A stretch of 64,000 bases of DNA. Source: Vulcanimicrobiota bacterium (GTDB lineage Bacteria; Vulcanimicrobiota; Vulcanimicrobiia; Eremiobacterales; Eremiobacteraceae). The stretch lies in NCBI GenBank assembly GCA_963812135.1, contig CAWETU010000001.1:1792001-1856000 (forward strand), in the 5' to 3' direction. Below, one piece after another: positions 19,810 through 30,115 of the stretch (position 1 is the first letter of the stretch; each line of letters opens with the position of its first letter). Below the pieces are notes generated by a model that saw nothing but the letters and a program-made list of their open reading frames with translations, was not told the origin of the DNA and ran no database searches. The translations under genes were made by a program, and so were the position numbers.

Positions 19810-21006
19810 TTACCGCTCACGCACGACGATGCGGACGAACGTGTGGTTGCCCTTTTGCAACACTTTGCCGTGCCATGGTTCTTCTATGAGCAGCGGGTCG
19901 TCGACGCGCACGCCGTCAAGTTTGACCGCTCCCTGTTCGATCAAGCGTTGACCCTCGCGATTCGAGCCCGCCAACCCGCTCATCACGAGCAGCTTGAGCA
20001 CCGTCGCCAGTTGCTCGTCCTTCGCTAATGGGTACTCGCGCATGTCTTCGGGGATCTGTTTGCGCATGACGGTCTTCTCGAAATGGTCGCGAGCATCGTT
20101 TGCGGCATCCTGCCCGTGGTAAAGCCGCACGATCGACTCGGCGAGCTGCAGCTTTGCGTCGCGCGGCTGCCGAGCGAGGATTTTTTTCACTTCGTTGTCA
20201 TCAGCCGGTGTGGCAAGTTCCCAATAGCGCCGCATAAGCACGTCCGGCAGTGACATGATCTTGCCGAACATCTGCGTGGGCGATTCGCGCAGCGCGATGA
20301 AGTTATTGAGGCTCTTGCCCATGCGCTGTACGCCGTCCGTGCCTTCCAAGATCGGCAACGTCATGCAGATCTGCGGCGGCTGTCCGAACTCTTCTTGGAG
20401 CCGGCGGCCCATCAGCAAGTTGAACAACTGCTCCGTGCCACCCAACTCGACGTCGGCTTTGACCGCGACTGAGTCGTAGCCCATGCTGATCGGGTAGAGC
20501 AATTCGTGTAATCCGATCGGCTCTTGCGCGAAGTAGCGCTTGCTGAAGTCGTCGCGCTCGAGCATGCGCGCGACGGTGACCTTGCCTGCCAGACCGATAA
20601 GATCGCCGAACGTGAGCTTGCCGAGCCATTCGCTGTTATAGCGGATCTCGGCGTGGTCCATGTCGAGGATGAGGGCCGCCTGTTCGGCGTAGGTCTTCAT
20701 GTCGGTGGCGATCTCTTCGCGCGTGCGCGGTTTGCGCGCATCCGCTCGCCCGCTCGGGTCACCGATCTGTGCGGTGAAGTCGCCGACGATGAGGATCGCG
20801 TGGTGCCCGAGGTCTTGGAATTGGCGCAGCTTGCGCAAGACGACGGCGTGTCCGAGGTGGAGCTGCGGGCCGGTCGGATCGATGCCGAGCTTCACCCGAA
20901 GCGGCTGCCCGCCGGCCAACCGCTTTTCGAGGTCTTCTTTCGTTACGACGTCAACGCACCGCCCGCTCAATAGCTCGGCCATGCCCGTCGCGGAGCGCTG
21001 TGTCAT
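19810..21006 (-). CDS. tyrS: Tyrosine-tRNA ligase
   Basis: 'GIDPTG..LHLGH', 'MGKS', S4 domain. Confidence 0.97.
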   Translation of the reverse strand: MTQRSATGMAELLSGRCVDVVTKEDLEKRLAGGQPLRVKLGIDPTGPQLHLGHAVVLRKLRQFQDLGHHAILIVGDFTAQIGDPSGRADARKPRTREEIATDMKTYAEQAALILDMDHAEIRYNSEWLGKLTFGDLIGLAGKVTVARMLERDDFSKRYFAQEPIGLHELLYPISMGYDSVAVKADVELGGTEQLFNLLMGRRLQEEFGQPPQICMTLPILEGTDGVQRMGKSLNNFIALRESPTQMFGKIMSLPDVLMRRYWELATPADDNEVKKILARQPRDAKLQLAESIVRLYHGQDAANDARDHFEKTVMRKQIPEDMREYPLAKDEQLATVLKLLVMSGLAGSNREGQRLIEQGAVKLDGVRVDDPLLIEEPWHGKVLQKGNHTFVRIVVRER

Positions 21007-23459
21007 CAGCGCAGGGTTACGATAGTGACGCCCGAGCCGCCTTCGCGATCCCCGGCTTGTGCAAGGCCGGCCACCTGTGCATGGTCGCGTAAGAATTCTC
21101 GGATGCCCTTCCCAAGCTGGCCGGTGCCTTTGCCGTGGATGATGCGCAGCTGGTCTGCGCCTGCGAGGCTGGCGCTGTCGAGCGCCTTGTCCACGATCGG
21201 CATCGCCTCGTCCACGCGCATGCCGCGCACGTCGATCTCGGTGAGATTGGAAGCGTCGCTCGCTTCGACACCTTGTGGACGAGCTGCGCCCGTCCGGGCA
21301 CCTGCGCTGCGCTCCTGTACTAGATTTCCCGACAGATCGGCGCTGAGCTCGCTGCGGGGCACGACGACCTTGACTGTTCCCATCGTGACCAACGCATCGC
21401 GATCGTAGAGTTCGCTGACGACGCCGGGCGCACCAAAACTGCGCACGTGAACGCGGTCGCCTTGGCGCAACTGACGTGCCGCCGGATCATCCGGCGCGGC
21501 ATGCTGGAGCCCGAGGCTCTTGCGCATGTCTTCGAGCGTCTTGTCCAGATCTGCGCCGGGCGCGCTACCCACACGCTGGCGACGACGCGATTCGCCGCTC
21601 TGCGCGGCGCGCTCCATCAACTCAGCGCGCACTTGCCGCACCGCATCGTCGAGGACTGCGGCAGCGCGGTTTTCGAACTGCTTGCGCTCCCGTTCGAATG
21701 CGGCGGCCTGGTCTACCAGTTGCTGCTCGAGGCGGCCGGTCTGCGCGCGCAGCGCCTCGAGCTCGAACTGGCGCTTTTGCAGCTCGGCGCGCTCTGCGGC
21801 CAGACCCTCGAAGGCGCTCTCCAGCCGGCGGCCTTCTTCTCCGAGCAGCGCTTCCGCGCGGGCGATCATGGGCGCAGGCAGCCGCAATGCGCGCGCGAGC
21901 GGAAACGCGAGCGATTGGCCAGGTACGCCAAGGGCAAGGATGTAGGTCGGCGCGTTGGTGTCAGCATCGAAAAGCATGGATGCGTTCGCGACGCGCTCGG
22001 TGGCTGCCGCGAAGACCTTGAGCTGCGTATAGTGCGTGGTGACGACGACGCGCGCACCGACCGCCAAGAGCGCTTCGATGAACGCTTGCGCGAGCGCGGC
22101 CCCGGCGACGGGCTCGGTACCGCTGCCGATCTCGTCGACCAGCACAAGGCTGTCCTTGGACGCGCCGTCAAGCGCGCCGCGCAGCGCCTCGAGGTGCGCT
22201 GAAAATGACGACAGGTTCTGCGCGATCGATTGCTCGTCGCCAAGGACGCACGCGATCCGATCGAACCAACCGATCTCGGTGCCCGGCTGCGCCGACACCG
22301 GCACGCCGCTGTACGCCAACAAGCAGAACAATCCCATGGTCTTGAGCGCGACGCTCTTGCCACCCATGTTCGGCCCGGAGATGACGAGCGCGTCGAAATC
22401 GATGCCGACTTCCACGTCGAGCGGCGTCGCGGCACGAGTGAGCAGCGGGTGGCGCCCGCCGACGATGCGCAGCATCGGACGTTCGTTCAAGGCTGGGCGA
22501 AGGGCGGCATGCGCCGTGCCCCAGCGCGCAACCGCGCCGACCGCGTCAAGCCGCGCCACCAGCGCGGCATTGACGCGCAGCTCTTCTCGCTTCGAAGCGA
22601 CGAACGACGTCAATTGCGCGAGGATGCGCGCGATCTCGCGCTCCTCGGCTGATTCAAGCGCACGCAGCCGGTTGTTGGCTTCGACCGAGGCAAGCGGTTC
22701 GACGTAGACAGTCGACCCCGATGACGACTCGTCGTGCACGACGCCGGGGAATTCGCCCGCAAATTCTTTGCGAACCGGCACCACGTAGCGGCCTGCGCGC
22801 ACCGTGACCACAGGCTCTGACAGCATCTTCGCCGTGCTCGCATTGCGCGTGATCGCCGCGCAGCGGTCGCGGATCTCGTCATGCAGCACTCGTTGCTGGC
22901 GGCGGATACGCGCCAGCTCGGGGGAGGCGGCGTCCGCGACGCGACCTTCCGGTTCGATGGCATCGTCGATCTTGCGGACGAGGTCGCGCGTGTCTTGGCG
23001 GCGCGCGAGCAATGCCTTAAATGCGCCGCGCGGGCGGGCGAGCGCGTCAGCGGGTCTCGAGCCTTCGCTCGAGGCGACACCCGAGCTTCGCCCGGGTCCT
23101 ACATCTTTGCGGCTCGAGCTTCGCTCGGGTCCTACGTTCGCCGCGATGGAACGCAGCGCACGTTCCGCCTCTGCGATCGCGCGCAACTCGATGCCCGAGA
23201 TCGTCGCGCCTTTTTCGGCACGCGCGATAAGCTCGGTGACGTCGGAGACGCCGCCAAGGGCGATATCCCCTCCGGCCTGCAAGAACGCCATCGCGTCTTC
23301 GACGAGGGTCTGTTCTTCATCAGCCTGCTGGCGCGTGTGGAGCGGACGTACGGCGAGGATCGCGCGCTTGCCGGGTTCGCACGTCGTCTTCGCCGCGATC
23401 TGGGCGATGACGTCATCGAACTCCAGCGCTCGGAGCGCGTGTTCGTGGTTATCGGGCAA
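21006..23459 (-). CDS. mutS2: MutS2 with Smr domain, carries in-frame REP cluster
   Basis: 'LEFD.V', 'HD.SSSG.TVYVEP', 'GPNMGGKS', 'IIHGKGTG.L'; TTG start after AAGGAG. Confidence 0.95.
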   Translation of the reverse strand: MPDNHEHALRALEFDDVIAQIAAKTTCEPGKRAILAVRPLHTRQQADEEQTLVEDAMAFLQAGGDIALGGVSDVTELIARAEKGATISGIELRAIAEAERALRSIAANVGPERSSSRKDVGPGRSSGVASSEGSRPADALARPRGAFKALLARRQDTRDLVRKIDDAIEPEGRVADAASPELARIRRQQRVLHDEIRDRCAAITRNASTAKMLSEPVVTVRAGRYVVPVRKEFAGEFPGVVHDESSSGSTVYVEPLASVEANNRLRALESAEEREIARILAQLTSFVASKREELRVNAALVARLDAVGAVARWGTAHAALRPALNERPMLRIVGGRHPLLTRAATPLDVEVGIDFDALVISGPNMGGKSVALKTMGLFCLLAYSGVPVSAQPGTEIGWFDRIACVLGDEQSIAQNLSSFSAHLEALRGALDGASKDSLVLVDEIGSGTEPVAGAALAQAFIEALLAVGARVVVTTHYTQLKVFAAATERVANASMLFDADTNAPTYILALGVPGQSLAFPLARALRLPAPMIARAEALLGEEGRRLESAFEGLAAERAELQKRQFELEALRAQTGRLEQQLVDQAAAFERERKQFENRAAAVLDDAVRQVRAELMERAAQSGESRRRQRVGSAPGADLDKTLEDMRKSLGLQHAAPDDPAARQLRQGDRVHVRSFGAPGVVSELYDRDALVTMGTVKVVVPRSELSADLSGNLVQERSAGARTGAARPQGVEASDASNLTEIDVRGMRVDEAMPIVDKALDSASLAGADQLRIIHGKGTGQLGKGIREFLRDHAQVAGLAQAGDREGGSGVTIVTLR
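23056..23135 (-). repeat. REP family-2 cluster inside mutS2
   Basis: Companion hairpin 23056-23073 plus GTAG-footed hairpins 23080-23102 and 23113-23135. Confidence 0.85.
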
Positions 23460-24910
23460 GACGCTCCTTGAGGAGCGCGCGCACCATCTCGACATTCGCC
23501 TTGCCGCGCGAGAGCTTCATCACCTGGCCGACCAGGAACTCGAATGCTTTGTCCTTGCCGGCTTTATACGAGGCGACGGAGTCCGCGTTCGCCGCGAGCG
23601 CCTGGTCGACGAAGCCAGCCACCGCAGAGGCGTCCGAGGTCTGCGCAAGTCCGCGCTCCTCAACGACGCTCTTGGGATCGCGGCCCTCGATGACGACCGG
23701 TTCGCAGATCTCCTTGGCGGCCTTGCCCGAGATGGTGCCGTCCGCCACGAGCGCGATCAACGCGGCGAGCTGCTCCGGGCGCATCTTCGCATCGCCAAGC
23801 CCGATCTCGTGCTTTTGCAAGACCCGGCGCACATCGCCCATCATCCAATTGGCGGCTTGTTTCGCGTTGCCGCTCGCCGCAGCGACCGCTTCGAAGAACT
23901 CCGCCGTGGTGCGCTCCTCGGTGAGAATACCGGCGTCATACGGCGGCAGGCCGAACTCGCGCACGTAGCGCTCGCGTTTGGCCGCCGGCAGCTCCGGCAG
24001 TTCCGCGCGCCAGCGATCGACCAGCTTGGGGTCGAGCTCGAGCGGCACGAGGTCCGGATCGGGGAAATAGCGATAGTCGTGCGCTTGCTCTTTCGAGCGC
24101 ATCGAATGCGTCGAACCACTGGCCTCGTCCCAACCGCGGGTCTCTTGCACGATGCGCTCGCCCGAGCGCAGGCACTCGCGCATCCGCTTGATCTCGTAAT
24201 CGATGGCGCGGCCGACCGAGCGGAACGAGTTGAGGTTCTTCACCTCGATCTTCGTGCCGAGCGCCGAGCTGCCCGCCGGCCGGATCGAGACGTTTGCGTC
24301 GCAGCGCAGCGAGCCTTCGTGCATCTTGACGTCGGACACGCCGATGTACGACAGCACCGCCTTGAGCTCGGTGAGATACGCTTCGGCTTCTTCCGCTGAT
24401 GAGATCTCGGGCTCGCTCACGACTTCCATCAACGGCACGCCCGCGCGGTTGAAATCGACCAGCGTGTAGGCGGACTTCGCGATGCTCTCGCCCGCGTGGA
24501 TGTTCTTGCCCGTATCTTCTTCTAGATGGATGCGCGTGAGGCGACACGCGCTTGCCCGATGGCAGCAAGACACCGCCTCCTGTGGTCAGCGGCATGTCGT
24601 ACTGCGAGATCTGGTAATTCTTCGGCATGTCCGGATAGAAGTAGTTCTTGCGGTCGAACTTCGAATACGGGGCGATCGTGCAACCTAGCGCGAGGCCGGC
24701 TTTGCACAAGTACTCGACGGCTTTGGCGTTCGCGACCGGCAAGCTGCCCGGGAAACCCAAGCAGATCGGGCACACGTTCGTGTTCGGCGGCGCGCCGAAC
24801 GCGTTGCGGCACGCGCAGAACATCTTGCTCGCGGTGAGCAGCTCGACGTGCACCTCGAGGCCGATCACGGCTTCGGTCGCTGCGACGTCTTTGATCGCCG
24901 TCTCGCTCAT
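23449..24910 (-). CDS. gatB: Amidotransferase subunit B, 1-nt insertion near 24544
   Basis: 'IGLEVH', '[18 protein letters not shown]' then 'IHLEEDTGK', 'SLRCDANVS', 'DYRYFPDPD' in the next frame. Confidence 0.95.
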
Positions 24911-26376
24911 GCCGCCGCTCCCGAAGTGACCAGCGGCGTGCGCGCCCAGGCGTGTTTGGTCGTCTGCTCGTACGCGTGCGCCACGCCGAGCATGCGGCCT
25001 TCCTCAAATGCCGGCGCGACGAGCTGCAACCCGACCGGCAGATCGTTGACATAGCCCGCGGGAACGGACATCGCCGGGATGCCCGCCAGGCTCATCGGAA
25101 TCGTGAAAAAGTCCATGAGGTACATCGCGACCGGATCTTGTGTCAGGGCGCCGACCTGGAACGGCGGGCACGAAACGGCCGGACACGCGATGACGTCGCA
25201 ACGCGCGAACGCCTCGTCGAAGTCCTGTTTCATCAGCGTGCGCACTTTTTGCGCCCGGACGTAGTACGCGTCGTAATAGCCGGAGCTGAGCGCGTACGTC
25301 CCTAAGATGATGCGCCGTTTCACCTCTGGCCCGAATCCGGCGGCGCGCGTGGCGTCGTACATCGCGAACACATCGCTACCGTCCACCCGCAAGCCGTAAC
25401 GCGCGCCGTCGTAGCGCGCGAGGTTCGACGACGCTTCTGCCGGCGCGATCAAATAATAGGTCGCGAGGCCGTACTTGGCGTGCGGCAGACTCACCGGCAC
25501 GAGCCTCGCGCCGAGCGCTTGCAGATCTTGATAGGCTTTCTTATAAAGCGAAGACATCGCGGCATCCGACGCGATGCTCTCTTCGAATTCAGTGACGATG
25601 CCGACGCGCACGCCCTTGAGATCGTCGCGCAGTGCGTCCGCGTAGTGCGGCACGGGCACATCGACGCTGGTCGAGTCGAGCGTGTCGTAGCCGGCGATCG
25701 CTTCGAGCGTGTCCGCGCTGTCGCGCACGTCGACCGTCAACGGGCCGGCTTGATCGAGCGACGAGGCGAACGCGACGATGCCGTAGCGCGAGACCCGGCC
25801 ATACGTCGGCTTCACGCCGACCACCCCGCAAAACGACGCGGGCTCGCGGATCGATCCGCCCGTGTCGGTGCCGAGGCCGATGGGGACGTTGCGGGCGCCG
25901 ACCGTGGCGGCGCTGCCGCCCGAGCTGCCGCCAGGCACGCTTTCGCCATCCCATGGATTGCGCGTCGGATAGAACGCGGAGTTCTCGCATGACGAGCCCA
26001 TCGCGAACTCGTCCATGTTCGTCTTGCCGACGATCACTGCACCCGCCGCTTCGAGCCGGTTGACGACGGTCGCCGAATACGGCGGCACGAAGTTGTCAAG
26101 GATCTTCGAGCCGGCGGTCGTGCGCACGCCGCGCGTGCAGAACAGATCTTTCACCGCGACCGGCACGCCCGCAAGCAAGCCCGGGTTCTCGCCGCGCGCC
26201 ACTGCCTCGTCGATCTCTTTGGCGCGCGCCAGCGCGCGGTCGGCCGTGAGCGTCAAGTAGGCGTGCAGTCGCGGCTCGGTCGCGTTGATCGAGTTGAGCG
26301 CGGCGCGCGTCGCTTCGACGGCGCTAGTCTCGCGCCGCATGACGGCATCGCGGATCTCGTGCCCGGTCTTCATCAT
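24907..26376 (-). CDS. gatA: Amidotransferase subunit A
   Basis: 'GGSSGGS', 'GTDTGGSIR', '[10 protein letters not shown]'. Confidence 0.97.
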   Translation of the reverse strand: MMKTGHEIRDAVMRRETSAVEATRAALNSINATEPRLHAYLTLTADRALARAKEIDEAVARGENPGLLAGVPVAVKDLFCTRGVRTTAGSKILDNFVPPYSATVVNRLEAAGAVIVGKTNMDEFAMGSSCENSAFYPTRNPWDGESVPGGSSGGSAATVGARNVPIGLGTDTGGSIREPASFCGVVGVKPTYGRVSRYGIVAFASSLDQAGPLTVDVRDSADTLEAIAGYDTLDSTSVDVPVPHYADALRDDLKGVRVGIVTEFEESIASDAAMSSLYKKAYQDLQALGARLVPVSLPHAKYGLATYYLIAPAEASSNLARYDGARYGLRVDGSDVFAMYDATRAAGFGPEVKRRIILGTYALSSGYYDAYYVRAQKVRTLMKQDFDEAFARCDVIACPAVSCPPFQVGALTQDPVAMYLMDFFTIPMSLAGIPAMSVPAGYVNDLPVGLQLVAPAFEEGRMLGVAHAYEQTTKHAWARTPLVTSGAAA

Positions 26377-26664
26377 CTACTCGAGGATGCGAGGCATCTT
26401 GAAATACGGCCCCTCGGTGGCCGGCGCGTTCGCCAACGCCTCTTCGTGTGTGAGACACGGGCCCACCACGTCTTCGCGCAACACGTTCTTGAGCGGGATG
26501 ACCTGTGCGGTGGCGTGCACGTGCTCGACGTCCAGCGCCTGCAGCTCGCGGATGAAATCGAACAGCCGGCCGAACTGCGCGGAAAAGCGCTCCGCCTCTT
26601 CCTGCGTCAATGCGATGCGCGCGAGCTTGGCGACGTGAGCGATGTCGATGGGGACGTCGGGCAT
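26377..26664 (-). CDS. gatC: Amidotransferase subunit C
   Basis: 'HVAKLARI', 'LRED', 'NAP...YFKMP'. Confidence 0.95.
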   Translation of the reverse strand: MPDVPIDIAHVAKLARIALTQEEAERFSAQFGRLFDFIRELQALDVEHVHATAQVIPLKNVLREDVVGPCLTHEEALANAPATEGPYFKMPRILE

Positions 26665-26677
26665 TTGTGTTCCTTTT

Positions 26678-26701
26678 CGGTCGAATAAATTCGACCGCTA
26701 C
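26678..26701 (-). repeat. REP family-1 copy, supplies rlmD stop codon
   Basis: GTAGCGGTCGAATTTATTCGACCG. Confidence 0.9.
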
Positions 26702-28059
26702 GTTTTTTTGAAGGTGGTCACGACTTCGACGTGGCCGGTCTGCGGGAACATGTCGTAGGGGGTCGCGCGCTCCACTATGTAGCCGCGCGCCACGAGCGTG
26801 CTCGCGTCGCGGGCAAGCGTCGCGGGATTGCACGACACATACACGATCCGGCTGACGCCATGGTCGGCAAGCGCGTTGAGCACCTGCGGTTCGCAGCCCT
26901 TGCGGGGCGGATCGAGGATGACCGCGCCGGTCCCAGCCAGCAAGGTCCGACCACGCTCTCCGCTCACGGCATCAACCGCGCTCGCATGTTCGAACGCGGC
27001 GTTCACGATACCATTCGCGGCAGCGTTCGCCGCGGCTTCGTCAACCGCCGGCTTGAACCATTCGACGCCGGTCGTCGCGACGCCGTGTCTGCCGAGGATC
27101 ACCGCGAACGTGCCGACGCCGCAATACAGATCGACCACGCGCGCTGCGCCGGACAGTTCTTCGACGAGCCGTTGCGCGATGAGCTCGAGCACCGCGGTGT
27201 TGATCTGGAAAAACGACTCGATCCCGAAGCGCAGCGTCGCACCCGCAATCGTCTCCTTCAGCATCGGCGAGCCCCACAGCGTCGCCGACCGTGCGCCGAA
27301 CACCGCGTTCTCGCTCTCCAGCTCCCAGCTCGCAACGACGCCGGTCAGCTCGGGGATTCGAGCGCGGAGATCGTCGACATAGGCGCCGGCCGCTTTGTTG
27401 GGTTTAGCCCCGTTGAACGAGACCACGAGCTCTTCGCTCGTGGCGCTTGCGCGCGCGACCACGTGGCGCGCGCCCGAAAACGGCTGCGGAACTTCCTTGG
27501 CCATCTCGACGAGCCGCTTCACGGCTTCGTCGAGCCGCGGCAGCAACACCGGACACGCCTCGATCGGCACGATGCGATGACTGCGCGCTTCGTAGAAGCC
27601 GAGCTGCATCGCGCCGTCGGCGAAGCGCGTGACCAGGCTGACCTTGTTGCGATAGCCGGTGCCGACCGACGCCGGTGTTGGAACCGTTTCATCGATCTCG
27701 ACATCGGCCAAACCACCGAGGCGGCGCAGCGCGTCGGCGAGCATGCGACGTTTCCACTCCAGCTGCGCGTCGTACGCCAAGTGCAGCGCCTGACATCCGC
27801 CGCAGCGTGGGAATACCGGACAGATCGAAGGAACGCGCTTCGGCGACGGCGTTTCGATCGCGGTGACGTGTGCGCTGACGTAGTTGCGCTTGACCGCGTC
27901 GACCGCCACGCGGACCGTTTCGCCGGGCAGCCCGCCCGTCACAAACGCGACCAAGCCATCGACCCGGCCGACGCCTTGGCCATTCTCTAGGAGATCGTCG
28001 AGGGTGATCGGTTCGCGAGCGAGTCGAGCGGCCGCGCTATCCGCGACGGCTCTCGTCAA
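26698..28059 (-). CDS. rlmD: TRAM-domain 23S rRNA m5U methyltransferase, RlmD family
   Basis: TRAM, Fe-S Cys 'CPVFPRCGGC', 'SFFQIN', 'DPPRKG', 'YVSCNP', 'DMFPQT.HVE'. Confidence 0.9.
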   Translation of the reverse strand: MTRAVADSAAARLAREPITLDDLLENGQGVGRVDGLVAFVTGGLPGETVRVAVDAVKRNYVSAHVTAIETPSPKRVPSICPVFPRCGGCQALHLAYDAQLEWKRRMLADALRRLGGLADVEIDETVPTPASVGTGYRNKVSLVTRFADGAMQLGFYEARSHRIVPIEACPVLLPRLDEAVKRLVEMAKEVPQPFSGARHVVARASATSEELVVSFNGAKPNKAAGAYVDDLRARIPELTGVVASWELESENAVFGARSATLWGSPMLKETIAGATLRFGIESFFQINTAVLELIAQRLVEELSGAARVVDLYCGVGTFAVILGRHGVATTGVEWFKPAVDEAAANAAANGIVNAAFEHASAVDAVSGERGRTLLAGTGAVILDPPRKGCEPQVLNALADHGVSRIVYVSCNPATLARDASTLVARGYIVERATPYDMFPQTGHVEVVTTFKKT

Positions 28060-28225
28060 GGGTCTTACGGAGCTGGTCGGCTTCGTCGATCAGCGCTTGG
28101 ATGCGGTCGCGCGTGGGATCGGGCGGCGCGGGCGCCATCAGCGTGCGCATGAACAAGAACCCGCCGAGCGCCGAGGCGACGAACACCGTCGCCCAGACGA
28201 GCGGGTACACGACCTTGCGGTTCAC
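28037..28225 (-). CDS. Small single-TM protein
   Basis: 62 aa, one TM helix plus short amphipathic tail. Confidence 0.55.
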   Translation of the reverse strand: MNRKVVYPLVWATVFVASALGGFLFMRTLMAPAPPDPTRDRIQALIDEADQLRKTLDESRRG

Positions 28226-28258
28226 TGGCGCAGCCTTTCGAACATAGCGCTTGTCCTT

Positions 28259-28504
28259 TTAGACGCGGCCAGACGCGACTTCCTCTTCTGCGCCGTGCTG
28301 GTGCGGGATTGGGTATGCCGCCAGCAGGCACGCCACGTGCGGCGCGGTCACAAAAACGAGGCGGCGCTGGTCGACATCGGCGACATACATGCTGGCCCCG
28401 CCATGGAGCGGGCGACAGGCGACGAGTCGCAGCGGCGTGATGGCGCGCGCGGCGATCCAACTGCGCACGTCGCGCACGAGACGCGCGATGCGATCACGGA
28501 ACAT
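28259..28504 (-). CDS. FliO-like protein, cytoplasmic domain only
   Basis: 'LRLVACRPLHGGASMYVADVDQRRLVFVT..HVACLL' resembles the FliO beta-domain. Confidence 0.45.
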   Translation of the reverse strand: MFRDRIARLVRDVRSWIAARAITPLRLVACRPLHGGASMYVADVDQRRLVFVTAPHVACLLAAYPIPHQHGAEEEVASGRV

Positions 28505-29774
28505 CGAGTATCGGGCGCGGCTCGGCGTGCGCGTCCGCCATCCACGCCGGAACCAGCCATTGCAATGTCGCTGCGCGCTCCCCGATTCGCACCGGCGCGA
28601 CGATGGCGAAGTGCGGGCTGCGCGCCGGCAACGCGCCCTCTGCCAAGCGGACGAACCGGCCAGGACTACCCGCGATCGTCGGAAGCTTTTCCGCGAAGCC
28701 GCGCATCGCGGCGCGCAATACGGCTTCGACCGCGTCGAGCGCGACAGCGCCGGGTTCGCCCGCCTCTTCGTCTTCCGCGTGAAGCGCGGTGGCCGCGACG
28801 TTGGCAACGGTTTCGCGATCGGCGCTGAGCACCAGCGAGCCGTGGCCGCCCGCGATCAACGCAAGTTTGAGATCGCCGCGCTGCAGCACCGGCGTGTCGA
28901 CGCGGGCAACGCGCATCGCCTCCAGCGCCGTGGCGCAATGCAACATCTCAGCAAGGCGCGCGCGCGCGCCTTCCACTGCGGCGCCGAAGCCGCTGTCAGT
29001 CTCGTCGATCGCGCGCGCGGCGAGCACGCGTTGGCGTACCTCCGGGCTTTTCAATCCGGGCTCAGGCGCGGCGTGCACCACTTCGCGCGGTGCAACGACC
29101 GGCTCGGGCGGCGGCGTTGGACGAGGAACGTCGGCGGGCCGAGCGCGCGGTTGCGGCGCCGAGATCGCACGGGCCTCGCGTTGTGCCGCGCTCGCGGTCC
29201 ACGCCCCGCGCAACTCGCCGAGCACCAAGGAGCCGCCGGCAACGGGCGTAGCTTGACGTCTCGCCACCTCGATGAAGCGTGCCTCTGTCGGCGCCGGCAG
29301 CCCGCTCGCCGCGGCGATCACGCGCAGCATCTCAAGCATCCCGCCCTCGAGCGCGCGTCCGATGCGTCCGCGCTTGCCGTGTTTCGTATTCGTACCATCC
29401 CCGCCGATCGCGACATCCACCAACGCGGCGGCCAACGCAGCGTCGAGGTCGACGTGCAGCGCGATCGCGCCTTCGGTCTCAAAGCGCAAGGCGTCGGTGG
29501 GCCGCGGTGCGTCGGGGAGCGCCGCGCACGCGATTTCTCGTCCGAGATACGATCCGAGGGCGCGTCCGATCGCATCCGCCAGCGTGCCGGCTTCGAGCGC
29601 CGCAGTCACCGCGGCGCTGACTCGCGCGATTTCCGGCAAAGGTGTTTCGAGGCGATCGGCGGCTATGGGCGCATCCACGCGCGGCGGCCCGGTCGCAGGC
29701 GACGCTGCGGGTTGCGTCTCGCCGCGCAGCGCGCCGACGAGCCGCTTGACATCGGTGTCGGTCAGGCGCGCCAT
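28494..29774 (-). CDS. Diverged FliM/CheC-like protein
   Basis: N-terminal 'LTDTDVKRLV' (cf. LSQ.EIDAL), 'LDAALAAALVDVAIGGDG', second CheC-like segment. Confidence 0.5.
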   Translation of the reverse strand: MARLTDTDVKRLVGALRGETQPAASPATGPPRVDAPIAADRLETPLPEIARVSAAVTAALEAGTLADAIGRALGSYLGREIACAALPDAPRPTDALRFETEGAIALHVDLDAALAAALVDVAIGGDGTNTKHGKRGRIGRALEGGMLEMLRVIAAASGLPAPTEARFIEVARRQATPVAGGSLVLGELRGAWTASAAQREARAISAPQPRARPADVPRPTPPPEPVVAPREVVHAAPEPGLKSPEVRQRVLAARAIDETDSGFGAAVEGARARLAEMLHCATALEAMRVARVDTPVLQRGDLKLALIAGGHGSLVLSADRETVANVAATALHAEDEEAGEPGAVALDAVEAVLRAAMRGFAEKLPTIAGSPGRFVRLAEGALPARSPHFAIVAPVRIGERAATLQWLVPAWMADAHAEPRPILDVP

Positions 29775-30115
29775 GTCGCTCGGCGCGTGGCTCGTCGCAG
29801 CAAGCCGCGACGCAGCGTATCCCAGTGGCGTTGCCGCTCGCACGCCTGGTTTGCGGCAGTTTCGAGCGCGAGCGCATCGGTTTGCGCATCGGCGCTTCGA
29901 GCGCCGCAACACCGCACAAAGCGCTCGAGCAAGACGGATTCGAGATGCGTCCAGCGCCCCAAGCTATACAAACCGCTCGACGCCCGCTGCGCCTGCGCGG
30001 CGAGGAGCCGGGCACGCTCTCTGTCGCACGCTCCCGCGTGATTCAGCGCGGTCGCTTCCGCGCGCGCCTGAGCCGCGGCTCGCGCGATCGCGCGGAGCGT
30101 GTCTTTGCTTCTCAC
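29762..30115 (-). CDS. Coiled-coil protein, possibly FliJ-like
   Basis: 117 aa helical Ala/Arg-rich; GTGA overlap with purA stop. Confidence 0.35.
   Translation of the reverse strand: MRSKDTLRAIARAAAQARAEATALNHAGACDRERARLLAAQAQRASSGLYSLGRWTHLESVLLERFVRCCGARSADAQTDALALETAANQACERQRHWDTLRRGLLRRATRRATWRA

Noticed and set aside
28404..28419. Partial match to the tRNA-Gly 3' end as an att site
   Set aside because: Short, mismatched, inside a CDS; likely chance in high-GC DNA
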